Assembly (NCBI RefSeq): GCF_964204645.1
Contig: NC_134026.1
Span: 20,184,150-20,248,149 of the forward strand
Source: Tubulanus polymorphus
Lineage: Eukaryota; Animalia; Nemertea
DNA: 64,000 bases
Direction of reading: 5' to 3'
The first letter of the stretch is position 1. Each line of letters starts with the position of its first letter. A model generated the notes under the pieces. That model made no database searches. It was not told the DNA's origin and was given only the letters and a program-made list of their open reading frames with translations. The position numbers and the translations under genes are program-made. Below, in pieces: positions 1 to 12,300 of this stretch.

Positions 1-247
<247 letters not shown>

Positions 248-761
248 TAAATAGCCGGCATCGACATTCCAAAACTAGGAAAAACTAATGCCTTTTAATG
301 GCTGAGGGCTGTAGCACAAACATTTTAGTTTATAATAATTTCTTGAAAACAGCTTCATTTCTTTAACCATCAGTGATTCAATTGCTAATTCAAAAGCTTG
401 TGAACATTATAGGCCAGTACCAAACACAGCATTTAGTCTTTTTCTCACAATTTTAGTTTCTTATCCATGAAACTGATTCGTACGCGTTTCTATCATGATT
501 TGTCGATGTAAATCTCTACTGCAACAACATCACTAATCCTGACTAATTAAGGTATTCCTTAGAATGGTTATTCCTAAGTCTTTTAATCTGTAAATTGCTT
601 AGAACGACGGGCTTCCCATGGCTGCAGAGGCAAGATGGCCGTCGAAAGTAGATAGATCATCACACTTCGCGCGTTCAATCAAAATATATTCGTTCTCTAC
701 GCAGGGGCGTCACTAGGATAACCATTGGTGAAACGCTAGATCCCTGTTGTGACGATATATT

Positions 762-995
762 GAGAATCCCACATTGATATAATGAGAAAGATGAAGTTGG
801 AAAAGTTTCTTTTCAGCTAATAATTCATTGATTCGACGTTTCGACTATAACCTGATAGTCGTCTTCAGGAATGACCTGAAGTTTCCATTCCTGAAGATGA
901 AGTAGGTTATAGCCGAAACGTCGAATTAATTAATTATCAGCTTTAAGGAAACTTTTCGGACTTCACCTTTCTCATAATATCAATGTGGGATTCTC
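762..995. mobile_element. Penelope-like (PLE) inverted pseudo-LTR palindrome
   Basis: GAGAATCCCACATTGATAT... and ...ATATCAATGTGGGATTCTC are reverse complements, and pairing continues to the centre. Each arm carries CTGAAGA...CGAAACGTCG. Related fragments at 1259-1371 and about 18296-18357. Confidence 0.7.
831..872 (-). ncRNA. minimal type I hammerhead ribozyme motif (PLE type)
   Basis: Minus strand reads ATTC-CTGAAGA-C-GACTAT-CAGGTT-ATAGTC-GAAA-C-GTC-GAAT: helix I ATTC/GAAT, perfect 6-bp helix II, palindromic ACGT helix III, GUC cleavage triplet. Confidence 0.6.
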
Positions 996-2003
996 TATAT
1001 AGCGCCACATTAGGACTTTTAGAGGGGGGGGGGTCGGAACCAATACAAGACCCCCGCTCTGGTGACGCCCGCGCTTCATCCAGCTGCCATACGGTATAAA
1101 CAATTGTATCACAATTTCCACTCAAGAAAACGCAATATATATCACATGATAATGATTCTATGGGCAGAGTAGGGTACCCAGCCGCTTACACATCCTAAAC
1201 AATCCGAAAACGTACGCGTAATTCAGCCCTTCAAAACAATTAATCGTGGATAATGTAGAGAGAATCCCACAATAATAATGAAAAACAGTTGCGAAAATAT
1301 AAATGGAGCTAGTAAATCATTCAACGTTTCATTTTCGGATTGTTTTCATTATTATCATTGTGGGATTCTCTTCATTATCGTCTCAACACGGATATAGTGT
1401 TATATCAAATATGATACTTAATCGTGGAATTGCTTTAGATTAACTTTATCGACAAAATCTATATGAAAATATCTTAGTTCATTTGATAATGGTTTACACA
1501 TTTCATTTATCGATGTAGATATTATATTCAAGACTAGATACATTAGTTAATTTCTTATTCTTTCTAACAAAACTAATACAAATTTTGAGATAGATTTAAT
1601 CCTTTGATTGTAATTGTGGCCCAGACACGTGTGCTAGGGAAACAATCCCATTGCGCAGTCATGATTCAAGTCTGAAAGTGGCCTTAAATTTCAAGACTGG
1701 TCTTCAGTTGTTAGCTCGGTAATAGAACCAAGATGGTCTTAAATCTAAGAATTGACAGTGCAACTGGCCCCGGTAGCCTAATAGTATAAATAAGTTAATT
1801 GACTTAAGTGCTAATCATTGCGAATGAATTTTACTACAAGTTTCTGATTAAATTGTGATGAAAAATTCAATGATTCAAATCAATATAACACAGCTATTTC
1901 ATTTCACATATTATGCTATCTACTCGTGGTACACGTAATACGGTGTATATAAATTTCGATAATGGAAATTATGCTGGCAATAAAGTATCGGTAATGGAGA
2001 GGT

Positions 2004-2674
2004 TAATTAATTAGCGGCGTCTCAAGATTCAGGGCTTACGAAGTACCACCGTACTTTTGTGTGGTGTCGAGTTTGCCAGAATGTCACCTAGCCTTCTGGG
2101 TCCAGTTCCACAGTTCTGAGTTAAGATTTGACCCTGGGTTAAAACATTGAAAATGAACTAACTTTAACTCAGAGTTAACTCTAACTCACAACTGTGGAAC
2201 TGGGTCCAGGAGGCACAATTTGTTGTTCCACACAAGTTCAACACTCATTGCCACTGTTCTATGAACTTTTTTTTAGTGAACTTTCTATTCACTAAGCTCA
2301 TTATCTAATATCCGTTTATACGTTAAATGTACCGGTAATTAATTAGCGGCGTCTCAAGATTCAGGGCTTACGAAGTACCACCGTACTTTTGTGTGGTGTC
2401 GAGTTTGCCAGAATGTCACCTAGCCTTCTGGGTCCAGTTCCACAGTTCTGAGTTAAGATTTGACCCTGGGTTAAAACATTGAAAATGAACTAACTTTAAC
2501 TCAGAGTTAACTCTAACTCACAACTGTGGAACTGGGTCCAGGAGGCACAATTTGTTGTTCCACACAAGTTCAACACTCATTGCCACTGTTCTATGAACTT
2601 TTTTTTAGTGAACTTTCTATTCACTAAGCTCATTATCTAATATCCGTTTATACGTTAAATGTACCGGTAATTAA
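2004..2674. repeat. 332-bp tandem duplication
   Basis: 2004-2335 and 2336-2667 read identically, with TAATTAA at all three junctions. Confidence 0.92.
2096..2209. mobile_element. about 115-bp MITE, family A (TIR GGNCCAGTTCCACAG)
   Basis: Terminal inverted repeats. Similar copies at 2428-2541, 21461-21561, 36753-36866, 53000-53111 and 62899-63016. Confidence 0.8.
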
Positions 2675-3232
2675 CTGATATAAAATATATCGCGATGCAT
2701 AATCTGAAGAACATTCACAACTGGGAATGATTATTTGACACGTGAAATTCTCCTGGAGCCAGTTGCTAAAACATAAGCTCGAGTTAACCAATGGATAGTG
2801 AAAAGTTCATTGTTACTATGGTATCTATCCACCAGTTATCTTTAACCAACGTTTGAGCAACTGGCCGCTGGTGTATAGTGAGTGCTGTTGCTGCTGCTTT
2901 TCATTTCTACGAGACATTACATACACTATATCGGAATCAAAGAGTTCATATCAACGGATCGCTTTAGATCTGAGGTTCCTGGTGCTTTTCGTGTTGTCAT
3001 TTGGCTAAAAAGAAAAGCATATTGTAGTCAACAGAATGAGTAATTTTTGTTTACGATGCTTTGGCTAAATATATAGTTCGAGGAGCCATAACAAAGCAAT
3101 CCAGTGCCGGTACTAGTCATGTTCTAGGGCAAGACTCTAAGACAATTAATTACTTGGTATGCTCATTTCCTCCACTTAACCCAAGACTAAGTAGGAACCC
3201 TTTTCCGCATTCAAAGAAAGTATTACCAATAC

Positions 3233-3328
3233 CTAGGAATCTTCATCGCCCTCGTATGATTGACTTGAAACACTGGTCACATCACGTACTATCATCTGAG
3301 CAATTTGCCACGCCATGTCTTCTTGAGC
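3233..3328 (-). CDS. AKAP10: AKAP10 last coding exon (PKA-binding helix)
   Basis: AQEDMAWQIAQMIVRDVTSVSSQSYEGDEDS*. Confidence 0.92.
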   Translation of the reverse strand, partial: AQEDMAWQIAQMIVRDVTSVSSQSYEGDEDS

Positions 3329-6300
3329 CTGTTCAGAAATTCAAAAACAGAAATACCATGATTATACCATTGTTACTACCCCAGATAAACTTCGACTGAA
3401 AATGTCTTTCTATTACAGTCAAGTCCACTTAATTCGTAGCTCATTAATTTGTATATTCATTTAATTCTTCATTCCTTTGAAATTAGTTCACTCTCCTAAT
3501 GAAAATGAAATTTTATTAGTAAAGAATTATACGTATTTTCGAGTAGTAAAAAACATGAATACATTCGATTGCAGGTATAATCTAGCACTAATTTTAGGTG
3601 GGAATTCATCACTTGCCAGGTAAGCATGCCTCAAATAATCATGTTCTTAATTTGATAAAATGAAACATTCACACATTTCCTATTTCACCTAATGCTATGC
3701 AAAATGATATGAACTTGACTGTATTTCCAGCTACACACAGGGCAGACACATCAGGACTATGAAATCTGTGGGCGAGCAACAAATTTCCAAAAAGCTAATA
3801 GAGCAACAAGTTAGCAGCTGTTTGGCGAAGCTTCACATGTCATGGCGCATGTGATGAACTAATCAAATTTCCTATTGCATATTCGCCTGACAGTAGAAAT
3901 CAATAACTAACTGAAACACGATTTCTGAATATCTCCGGTGAGCCCCAGTCAACTAGGATGGGACAGAGATACTAAGTCAGAAGTGAAGCGCATTTAAATG
4001 AGTAAAATAATAATCATAACAATACGATGTACCTTTTCTTTATCTTTCTTCTTTTTGTTCGAAAATAAGCCATTCGCTAGAAGGGAAAGGTTCAAACAAA
4101 AATACAAATCACAATCGGCAAAGTTTGAAATAAATAGGGTAAATGAATATAAGTAAATGTAGGATTTCTTGCCTCTATTTTATATGGATTATGATATCTA
4201 ACCTAATACTACACTTTCTTATAATTAGTGACATCATTCTAGTTCTCAATGAATTCAATAATTCAAATACAATACAATTTTCAAATATACAATAGCTTAA
4301 TCTATAATACGCTTAATCTGGGATCGATTTAATCAAGATTCTTGATCTGATACAGATATCTATCAGGGTTCCACAATATACACAAATGTATGTAAAATAT
4401 GATATTTAATCTGAATTTCTCAACCGTATTAATTCATTTATCAATACCAATATCTATAAATACATATGAATTGGTATCTCTTACATTCTAGGCCAGATGA
4501 CAGAAGATTTATCTAAGCTTTAGATGATGATTTAATGATCAATCAAAAGTTTTAATTGTTGGCTTTATTTGAAAATTTTAAGTAAGCAACAGCATCAACT
4601 GAGCCTATCTTCGATGCAGTAAAACCAATTAGTTAAACTGGGCTCCAAAAACGAAACAAACTGGTATTCAATAATCGCATATGAACATTCGAACACTTTT
4701 TCTTCATTTTTGCACAATTGAAATAACGTATAATTCATAGAGATATATGCGCACCTTTTTTGTCATGGTCTGGTTCATGATCGAATTCTGAAGTAAACTG
4801 CCCGTACTGGTCGACTTTACCCAGCGTTATTTTCCTATTAAAGAAAAAATTAGTTCGAACTTGTCAGTTTTTCATTTATTACGATCAAAATCCTAAGGCC
4901 AGGTTTCCGAATACTAGGGGTCCAGGGAAACCAAGCCCACTTGAATGAAAAGTGCTCTAAAATACTCGACAATCTGACAATTTCAATATTCAACACCCCT
5001 GATATGAACATTCATATACAAATGACCTTGAAACTTGCCACAATCACAGCACATATCGTATGCTACATCTAAGCGATGATTGTGATTAAAAAAACGCATA
5101 GATTTCTATATGGAATACTACATAATTTCACCATTCAACGCCCCCTGGTGAATGTATGCAGAAGCCAATGACCATCAAAATCACTATAATCATAGAAAGC
5201 ATTATAATCTACAACTTTGCTATTAATGTGATCATAAAATATAAAACCCCATTCAAAGAGGATTTTTTGGCAATCCGTCAATAGAGTAAATTCATTAAAA
5301 ATCGATGGTTTCGTTCAGCTGCCCATCTGTGGCTGGTCCTATAATTCAACCACAATATCAGGTGTACTACCAAAGCTGATTCGTACGCCTTGCTTCGAAA
5401 TGTTCGATTCTTACCCTGAATTCTCTCGTTCCCACAATGTATCTGGATTGAAGCATCTGGTATCGATGCGTAGGTCGTACGTAAGTCGTTTCAAAACTTT
5501 ACGAATTTGCGCCTGATTGCTATCGGTACCGGCTAGTAGAGTATTCCAGTAGCTTACCGGCTCAATGTTACCGCTCGTGTTGCTCTGAGCTCCGACGCTG
5601 ACCTCCGAGCTGGCGTCACTACCTGAAACATAGAAAACGACGAGCATTGTTTTTACCCAGCCTTCATCGCATCAATCTGTGACAAATCATCCGGCACAGC
5701 AAGATATCTTGAATTTCACAGGGTGGGTCTATAGACTGGTGCTAACTTAAACCCGGAGACTAATCGAATTGACTTTAAATTGAGTTGACCTTTGGGCAAA
5801 AGATAACACCACCCTAGGAGACCAGCTCCTTGGTCAGCCACCATTTCCACTTTCAGATATCTTGTAGCTTATTATTCTTCTTCATTGGTGGGTAGTTCCT
5901 ATTTTGGCAATGACCAGAAATTACTGGCCTATATCATTTAGTTTAATCATGTTTGTCATTTTTTTTAAACAATGGTTTACTATGCGCCAAATACGAGAAA
6001 ACTCATAATTCCATAATTCTTTTCTCTAAAAATATTGAGATTTTCAATTATCAAGTAAGAAATTAATTTGTTTGCTAAAGTTCAAGTTGGTCATTTCAGA
6101 CTAATCTAGATTTGCAAGATACATAAGGTAGTAGGACTAAAATGAGTTTAGCCTGCTATCGAGTATTGAAGCGGAATCTATTTCATTTATCAACGCCTAC
6201 ACCGGATGCGACTTACCACGTCTCTTCTGCAATAACGGAGTAGAAGCCACGTCTTTCGATTGTACGGTCAATATCAGTTCGTTTAAGTACTTATAAAACA

Positions 6301-9300
6301 GTTCACTTCGCAGGTACGTTTTGAAGTAATGCTGAAAAACGTGAAGACGAAATCAAATGATAATCTAGCTGAAATCATATTTCGCATGAATAGATACTTT
6401 GATGAACTTTTCAGTCAGTGTTCAAAATATTTCATCAACGAACTTCCAGACAATGTAAAACACAGTCGAACTCGCTGAAAGTTTGGTCATTGGATAAATC
6501 ATCACATAAAGTAAGTCATCCCTTTTGAATCCAAATTTGTATTTCAAATTCAGTATTTCAAATTCTATTCACTAAGTGAAGGACGTCATTTGGAATCACC
6601 GTAATGACTACCGTGAGAAAGAGTTTGATGACAGTAAAAGGCTTAACGGTACGAATTCATTGGAATTTGCGATACTTCACTTAGTTTTATGATCAACTTA
6701 CCTTGTCTATATGACGAAGGACGATATTTTTTGCGACGTCGAAACAATCGGGCAGAGGTCCGCCGTCGCGACAAATATTAGATTCGATCTCGAAACGGGT
6801 TGAATCGTTCACACCGAGCGGCGTTGATGCTTGTAACGAAAAATACCTACGGAAACAAGCGATACATCAGCGTTAGAAATCCATACAGTAGACTCCGCTT
6901 GTAAGTAGTTGAGATAGATTTCCAGTCTTGATGAACATCATTGAGAAACCCACGATATCAATTCAAACAACTGTTGTTTTTTTTTCTTCATGGAATCCTT
7001 CCACCCATCTTCAGTTCATTTGAGAAATATTCATTTACAAATAAACTCTGAAGATGGGCGGCGTTATAAGGAACTTTTGACTGCAGTGTATGTATGTAGA
7101 ATTAGTACATACTTATCATAAACAATCATGGCATCGTCCTGAGCTTGAATTCCGTCGTAGTTTCCTTGTAACGACAGTAGATGTTGTTGAAAATTGTCGA
7201 CAGCCATCAGAAATTCCAGCAACGCCATAGCACCTTCAACTTCCATAAACTACAAGAAAGAGTCACAGTTATAGTTAAAATACTCATGCATCAAATGAAA
7301 ACAGCACAATTTCTAAGTAGAATATTTTATTCTCCACGTTTAAAATTTCAGCACATTAGACTGGGTTTGTCATTAACCCCTTAAAGGTTTCGGGCATATG
7401 TTTAGGTCTAATACAGCCATTCTCTAAGGGTTTTGGATGTATATATACGTTCGTGTCAACACCCATTGCCCGAGGGTTTTGAACATATTCATACGTCCTC
7501 GTTTTTTCATTTGCCTGACATCCGATAGACATCGCTAGGGTCTTCATTCAAAACAACTACGGCCGCTCCTTGTAAGGCAGAATTTTTACAAGTGAAGAAT
7601 AGGACATTTGTGCGATTAATCTAAACCCTGGGAAAATGGAATCCAGAAACAATTGAAATCTTTACCCCTTTCAGTGCTGACTAATTTATACCCTAAAGTG
7701 CTGGAGAAAATTTTTGGAAATTCCACCCCAGTGTGTTGTGTAATAGGCACTGCTTAAGTCCGTCTACTGCTAGTATTGCTAGTTACTAAACGATTCATTA
7801 TGTTTAACCGGTTTTGCCATCTTCCAAATACAGATAAAATCTAATCATTATCAGTAAGGGATCAGACGTCAACTTAGACGGAGAACTGTGGAGGGGAAAC
7901 TCACATGCGTACATACCTCCATGAAATAAAACATAGCAGCATCGTTATAAAGTACATCAGCCAGATACACAGTTCCACTAGTTAGCACATCGATTTGATA
8001 TTTACAATGATATTCTGATTCCATGTATTCTGGATAATAACTGAAACAGATAAATCGCGATCAGCAAAAATTCATACTAGTCTCCGCCACCGGGTAAGGC
8101 TACTTTAAAAATCAAAAGTCAAAGTCGCGACTTAAGCCCAGAGAAGACAAATCTTAAAAGAAAAGGAATGATTACTATACTGGTCTTAAGTTGTCAGATT
8201 GGCTATAAAATAGAACTAAGATCAGCTTAAATTGGTCTTAAATCTAAGCTGTGATTATGACCCCTTGGTGTAAGGCTTGTATTTGAGTCTAACTTCTTCA
8301 ATAAGTATTTTCAGTCGCGACCAGGGGCTGGTTGCTCAGTCTTTGACCTCAGTCCAAAAGTGGTCTTAAATCTTAAAACTGGCCTAAGTTGTTAAATTGG
8401 CTATACAACGAAGTCAGTCTTAGACTTTTCTTAAGTCAAAGCCATGACTAAGCAACTGGCCCCTCAATTTTTGATAGCAAACTACATTTTGTATAACTTT
8501 TCGGTGGCCATTTTAATGGAGGTATAATACATACTTTTTGTCCATGATATCCAGCACAACGTTTTGACAGTCGACAAAACTGTGGGGATCAACTTGACCA
8601 TCTTCTCGGCATATTTTACCTACCAGAGAACATAATTCCTTTACACAACACACGAAGGCTTGACACATTAAAAAAACGAATACCAATGGCCCCTTGATTT
8701 TTGAATTCCGGTATTCGAACAATTAAATTTACATGATTTATTTGTCAAATTCAAGTACGCTCCATTGATCGTCGAAAACACTTAGGCATACGTACTTATG
8801 GTTGCATTCCTTAATTCCTCTGATATGTCAATAGGATGTGTGGCATCCAGGGATATATATTTCGAGTAGATTGCTATGGCATCGTGTTCTATACCTAGAT
8901 AAGAGACAAAGCAACTGAATTATAATTGACTTCCTAATTCTCAGTGGCGTTAGTACTGATAAAACTAAGACGGCTACTGATGTATTTAAGTACTGATTTT
9001 GCCCAACAACAATGGGCATAATAAATGAGCAATCTTGATTCCAGTAGGGCCAATTTTTGGTCTGCAGATACGTCTATGGCAGATACACAAACCAAATATC
9101 AAGATCATACATCAAAGCTCATTGAAAAATTTCAAAAGAAACTTAATTCTGTATACAGACAGATGTACAGATGGATGACGGGCCAGAAGTGAATGCAATA
9201 GCCCTGTGGAACTAAATTCTCTGGTGGGCTAAAAAGGGCGACCTCAAAGGCAAAACAGGAGGAACCACCATGTAGATCTTTCTCTACGTGAGGCGTACGA

Positions 9301-12300
9301 GAATTTACAAACCTTTCCGTAATTTTTCGCCGAGATGATCCTCATTTTCTATATCGAGGTGAATGGTTCCCGTTGTCATCCCCGTTTCATTTTCGCTACT
9401 GGGGGATCTCACCGAAATTTCTTCCGCCTCGTCGATGACGAAGTCGGCCGACGGTCGGTGATGGCAATTCGCCAGAATAACGTTCGTATTATTGCACAAC
9501 ACGGCGGCAGCGGCCCGCTCGTTAGTCCTCGGTTCGACGCCGACACCGCTGCTGATAATATTATCCGGCGGCGGACTATCTGATTTGATCGCGGCGGTTT
9601 CGATCATTGTCTCAGCAGGCGACGGTTCGGTCGTCGTACCCTGTAACGAACTCTTGCTCATCGAGTGCAAGGAATGTGACCGTATACGGCTCCACGTCGA
9701 CGCCTGAAAGCTCTCCGACTCGAGCCAGAATTTGATTAGATGCGGCGATTTCTTCGCGTCCATGAACTGTATGAAGTACGGCAACGCGTCTTTGTCATTC
9801 AGCATTTCGCCAAATGCTTTTGACAGTCTAGATTTAGTCCGTAATGCACTTTCCGGTATGTCCACTGAATTGAGAGCTGAAGAAATGAACGAAAACATCG
9901 ATTTTACCGATTAACGTAGGTTGGCCTTTTCTGTAGAATGTATCTGGTATATGCGGTAGGCCGTGGTCAGCCAAGTCTTATTGGGGACTACTTTGGCTTA
10001 TTTTTGTTCATATAGTGTATTTTTAGCCTAAGAGCATCTCTGAATTTCTTATGTGCTATGGAAGAAATTATGAGCATAGAATAGTTTGAGATCTTGTGAG
10101 CTACCTCATGGATAGGAACAACGTGCTAATAAATGATATTACATATTCATACTGCACATCTAAATTTCTACATTCAAAAGTTAATTTACAGAAATCCAGC
10201 AAAATATAAAAGCGATTCGGAAATTCTAAGGAAACTAGCCACAGGCGACAATGGTTCTCGGGCTTGAATCTGGTAATTCCCATGCATTAGTTCCCATTTC
10301 ATCTGGGATAGGTCTATGTTGTATCTAGGGCTAATGGCTAATTTTGTCAAGACAACTTTTTGAATTTCGAACTCGTTCCTTAGTTATGAGGTCAGTCATC
10401 TTCACGGTCGTGTCGCTGAAAAGTTTTAAGTTCCAAGTTCTACTACTAGGTGGCGCACTGGGCCTATTTCTGGCATTGCATGACAAGATCCCCAAACTAA
10501 TATTGTACCAAAGCTTCATCAAGATTGATCCACTATTAATGAAGCTAAGTCGCTGTAAGACAGAGACCCAGACACACATACAGACAGACACAATGAAAAT
10601 AAGGGTCTCGTAACAGAAACCAGAGAATCAATTGTGGAGCCATGTGATTTCATTTTCTCAAAGAGAGATAATGACACGTATTATTGCGAACAAGGCTGCT
10701 ACTGATTTATGGATAAGAGTCTAAACCAGGGTCATCAAAGGCAAGGTCAAAAAACAAAATTATCACTTTCGACTATCGGAAACCACGATGCTCACCTAGG
10801 TCACCAGTATCGAAATCTTGTAAACTCGCTGAACGCCCGAGTAAATGCTTGCTTTTATTCTCCCAGCTTGAATTGGGCTTCAAAACATCGGAAGGTTCGC
10901 CTGATAAGACATCATCGAATAAAACTTTATATACAGAATAATCTTCATTCAAAAATTAATGTATGATGTAGATATTATACAATTCATGAATATATTGTTT
11001 CAAAGTCAAAAATAAATTCTTCGTACCCATGTCTCCATTTGTAAGATCAGTCGGGCTAGGCGAAGGTGGGAATCTTCCTGATGTTGAATCTGGCGACTTT
11101 TTCTTGGACGACTTGCCTAGAAATAAATGAAGTATTATACCTACCGGTAGGCATCTATACGCTGAATATTGAATCAAGCTATTGTCTTAAACATTGGCTC
11201 AAAGCGCCATCATTTGTGCAAGAATTATGGTTATTTAGGTTAAACAAAAATGATACATTGTTTCTCCACAGCAGCCGCCGGATAATTTTTGCAAAATATG
11301 ACAAAATTTGTAATCAGTTCATTTCTATAGCTGCAGGGTCTGTTATCGTAAAATTGATCTCAATTTTAGAAATAGTAATGTACAGGGTAGATAGGTGGCC
11401 GGCTGGGTTAAGTTTTAAGCTCAGCAGAGCGGAGAAACAAGGTATCAATTTTCTCTAGCCTTACTTCATTCCAACAGATGGACCTAAAGCTGAAATCTGC
11501 ATGAATCTATCATGCTCATGAATGAAAAAATTAGAATCTTAAAGGATTTTGGAAATAGGGTATTTATATATCTAGCCTGTATTCCGGATAGTTAACATGA
11601 TGTAAAAATTATTTGTTTCCATTAAAAGTGAAGTTTTTTGTAAGCTTCAAGACATTGAAGGTTTGGACTGGAATGACTTTCAGTTCACTGACTTTAGCAG
11701 AAGAGTAGAAATCTCCCGAATTTTAAAGACCAGGAAAACTATTTTAAAATATTTCTGACTTTCCATGATTTTCAATGATCATGGAAACCCAGTGGTCACA
11801 GGGGCCTGATGCAACTTTAATTTCCCCAACTAGGCTATGCATATAGAGATTGCATGGGCTAGGTTTGAAGGCCTTGCCTACAAGCTTTATGTGAAAACTA
11901 TTTAATTGCTTACCAACTCCTCGTTCTTGGGAGATATTTGCTCATGTGGGATACTGGGATGGGAGTAACTATAGTTGCATCTGGCCCCTGATATTGTTAA
12001 GTTAAGTCTACAGGTGTGATTGATGTTTTTTTATTAGGGTCTAGTTTTATTGAGGCTAACTAGAGGCTAGTACAACGAATATGAATATGAGGGTATTATT
12101 TGCATGCTGATGTTATGATTGATAATATCATTAGAAGACCAGGAGCGAGTAACTGAACAACATTGTAGTGTTGAACCGCCCCCAAAAATCTGTCTGTAAT
12201 TTTCAAATCGATTTGTTTTGATTGTATTTTTCGCTCGTCGGCCTCACAGGGGCTCGTTACGATAGCTGGGGGTCCAAAATCAAAGATTTGACCCAGTATC

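Noticed and set aside
250-600. Possible decayed coding fragment on the minus strand
   Set aside because: Interrupted by stops and no family recognised.
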